Of a stretch of 64,000 nucleotides of DNA, positions 60,953 to 64,000 are shown piece by piece. Source of the DNA: Fistulifera solaris (lineage: Eukaryota); contig AP026151.1 in assembly GCA_030295235.1 (NCBI GenBank), positions 806,001-870,000 on the forward strand, given 5' to 3'. Under the pieces are notes generated by a model that worked only from the letters and a program-made list of their open reading frames with translations, was not told where the DNA came from and searched no databases. Made by a program: the position numbers and the translations under genes. Every line of letters begins with the position of its first letter. Within the stretch, counting starts at the first letter, position 1.

Positions 60953-63900
60953 CTACGAATACTTCTTGAGGAACTTTTGAACGATTTCTTCTCCCTTTTT
61001 CTCCCACTCAGCGCGATTGTTTGTCGCATAATTCAAGTATTCATCGCTCGAGACACCAAACACACCACAGTCCTTCAGTTTCTTTGTCAAGGGAATCACA
61101 TAGTTGTCGAAGAATCCGATTTCTCCTTTGTACCAGTTCACAGAAGGATCATTCTCCAAGAGACCGGCTTTGTAACTCAAATACATTTCTTCAAAGAGCC
61201 GCTCGTTCCACTTTTGATACACGTGCCAGTGTTGCATGGTGTGAGAGACGTCACTAGCTTGAATCAAATGCTCAATCACGATGGTGGCCTTGCGATGAAC
61301 CTGTGTAAGGGCGGCCTCATTGGAATTGTTGTAAAAGGCATCTTCCCATCTCTTCTTGCGCAGAAGTCCCAGATCTTTGTCAAAGATATCGGTCGCCATG
61401 ACGGAATTGACAATCAATTGTCGCATGCGTCGCAAATCGTCCTCGGTCGAAAAGAGACTGTCGCGAAGGTTCGCAAACTCCTTGTCCATGAGGATATTCC
61501 AGGCCAAATCCACCGAGTTTTGTTCGGCGACACTTTTGTTGGCATACGCCGCCGCCATTGCCGGATCCTGTTTGATCAAGACAAAGTTGGGTACGCCGCG
61601 GTGGTCGACATCGTGAATCAACGCCGCAAGAACAACGGCGAACTGCGTGAGCGGATCGGACGTAATTCCGTACGTTTGATCCTGCAGTTGGCTTTCGTTA
61701 CTCTTTGCAATGCGCGATAGGAGCTTTGTGACGGACATGGTGACGTGCGAAGCGTGTTCGAAGCAGTGGAACGGATTGTCATGGTACATTTTGGATAGGA
61801 TTGTCACCAGGTTTCGCAGTTCGTCTCGCACTTGTGGATCGATCTCGACATCTTTGGCGTCTTGCTCGACATGTTCGTTATCAGCTTCAGGCATGGGAAT
61901 AATTTCAACAATCTCTTCGATCACATTGCCTCCTTGACCGAGTTGCTTTTCCGCTTGCTGGATGCGGTTTCGCATTAGACGTTGGAGAGATATGGGCAAG
62001 TTCTTCTTCGACCGCTTCTGGACTATCTTTTTCAACAGGTTGAGCAAGATGTCGCAGTTCCAATCAATGAGGCGTTGGCGTCTTCTTTTCGTCTGCTGTC
62101 ATGGGGACTTCGTCTTTCTCAGCGTCACCTCTGGATACAATCGCCGCAACTGCTTTGCACTGCTTTACTGAAACCCCATTGCTGATGTCGGGGTCGATCT
62201 TGAGCCAGTACGTCTGGATGGCACCTTTTCCTTTGCCACGACGATATCCTCTCGCAAAACCAGCCAGTTCTCCTTTCCGTCGTTCTTCAAAAGCTCAGCC
62301 GTTTCGGGGGACACATGAATTAAGTGCGGCTTTCCAGATGTTTCGATTCTCGATGTTGTATTCATAGTATCACCAAAGAGTTGCAATCTGGACCGTTCAC
62401 CGCGCAGCACTCCAGCAGTAACTGGTCCACTATGCAAACCGCATCGAAGAGCGAGTTCACCGGTATCCGGTCCCAGCTTTAGCTCCAAGGACTCTGTGAC
62501 TTCCGCCATCTTCTTCTGGCAGCGTTGAGCAAATTGGGCCATGACAACGAAGTGATCCTCGCGTGGTTCCGGAAGCCCCGACACAGCGACGTAGCAGTCT
62601 CCTACAGTTTCGACCTTGAAGACGCCCATTTGTCGAGCGATATCGTCGAACTGGAAGAAAATGGACTCGAGTAATTGGAAGACTTGAGTGGGTTCTCGGA
62701 CACTGCTCCACGCGGTGAAACCACAGATATCGGCGAAGAAAATAGTTGTTGCAACGTACAAATCAGCAATTGGCTTGCCCTTGAAGGCGATCACACATTC
62801 TTGGCCTTCATCGGCGTCCATGAGGGTCTTGCTGCCCACCTGCGCTTCTTTTAGCTTCTCTGCTTCCTCCATTTGGCGGCGAGCTTCTTCAATCATTTCG
62901 TCCTCTTTGGTCATCTGATGTTCGACCTTGGTAGGTGCAACTCCAGCGATGAGTTGCTTCGTCTGACTGATGTTGAAATTGAGCTTCGAAGTATTTTTAC
63001 GAACAGCGGAATCCAAGAAAAGAAAGGCCACTGCTGTAAAGAGAAAGATAAGTACGCTTGAAATTGCAAGAAGAGTTGGCTGCAGAGTAGAGTAGCTGGT
63101 GTCGAAGGATTTCGTCGGGTAGAGGTGCATCATGTAGACACAACGGGTAGTTTGTTGCAGCACGCGCTCGGGTGATGCTTCTGTAAGGTCTGCGTTGGCA
63201 AGTTCGAAAGAGACTTTCATATCGTCGTATGCCTGGTCATGAAGATCACCGTCACCCTTGTATGAAACGTCACCACCACCATGAAGCTGGTACGTAGTGA
63301 CGTATCCACACGAACTCTCGAGGACAGCCTCAATGACACCTTCTTGACCATGAACAATGTCTTTGAGAACAGCATCCCAGGCAAGAATAGCCGAGAAATA
63401 GGCAACCGGCGTTTTGCTCGTGTCAAGCGACAAATTTTCATATACAGGCCCAATGAGGAGGCAGTGCGGGACGTTGTCGGTATCCGTAGTGGCCTCCGAG
63501 AAATTGTACGCCGAGATGGTCTCGGAGAATACAGCTGCTTGTGATTCACTTGCAACTTGCACCGCGTCAGCGAAGGATGGAAGAGACATTAAATCCAGGC
63601 TCAAGATTGCATGGTCACTGGCCAACGACGGCGAAATTTGCCAAACGGGTGCGTAGGGCCCTTCGGAATCAACATGTTGTCCAGTAGCTGTTTGAAGAGA
63701 GTAAAACTCGTCGTTGCGACCCAACTGAGCGTACAGAGTCCATTCAACAAGGTCCTGGACGACGGGGCTGAACATCAATGCTTTTGTCTCGGTCAAGGCG
63801 CTGAAGCTTGTACCAAGACGATCGAAATAGGGAATGGTGACCTGGGGCCACGCGGCATCTTGAGAAGCGAGAAGCGAAGTGGTCGACGTACTCAGCTCTC

Positions 63901-64000
63901 TCGTTGCCTCCAACAGAGTAGTCACTTTGGTAACACTGAGACGAGCTACTTCATCCGCAGCCCTTTCATACTGCATTAAGATCAGAAAGAGAAATTATTT
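60953..64000 (-). CDS. Receptor-type cyclase-PDE fusion, copy 3 (more divergent; 5' exon outside the window)
   Basis: FADICGFTAWSS, KVETVGDCY, HDVDH, ASDVSH; frameshifts near 62230 and 62090; acceptor near 63973. Confidence 0.9.

Overview
Gene-dense eukaryotic nuclear DNA, most likely from a diatom or a close photosynthetic stramenopile. Evidence: short GT-AG introns, ASAFAP-type plastid presequences, a Delta6-type elongase, and cyclase-phosphodiesterase fusions. About 28 protein-coding genes are visible. They include a mitochondrial carrier, S28 peptidase, MetAP1, elongase, Ada1/Tad1-like protein, SDHAF3, a folate-receptor-family protein, globin, DED1/DDX3, a 7TM protein, a GT11-like protein, two paralogous Cys/His-domain proteins, cupin, thioredoxin, proteasome beta3, COX5B, NCAPG2, an SMR transporter, an RNase II-like protein, a Hint protein and three tandem receptor cyclase-PDE genes. 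Non-coding features include ~210-240 bp tandem arrays, a dispersed ~32 bp minisatellite, and two intact MITEs with target-site duplications. Many ORFs break at homopolymers, probably long-read indels, so the gene models are reconstructions. The strongest candidates for novelty are a circularly permuted folate-receptor fold, a Hint domain lacking its catalytic Cys and His, a plastid-targeted SMR transporter, and the mosaic cyclase-PDE array. All family calls come from reading motifs by eye; no searches were run.
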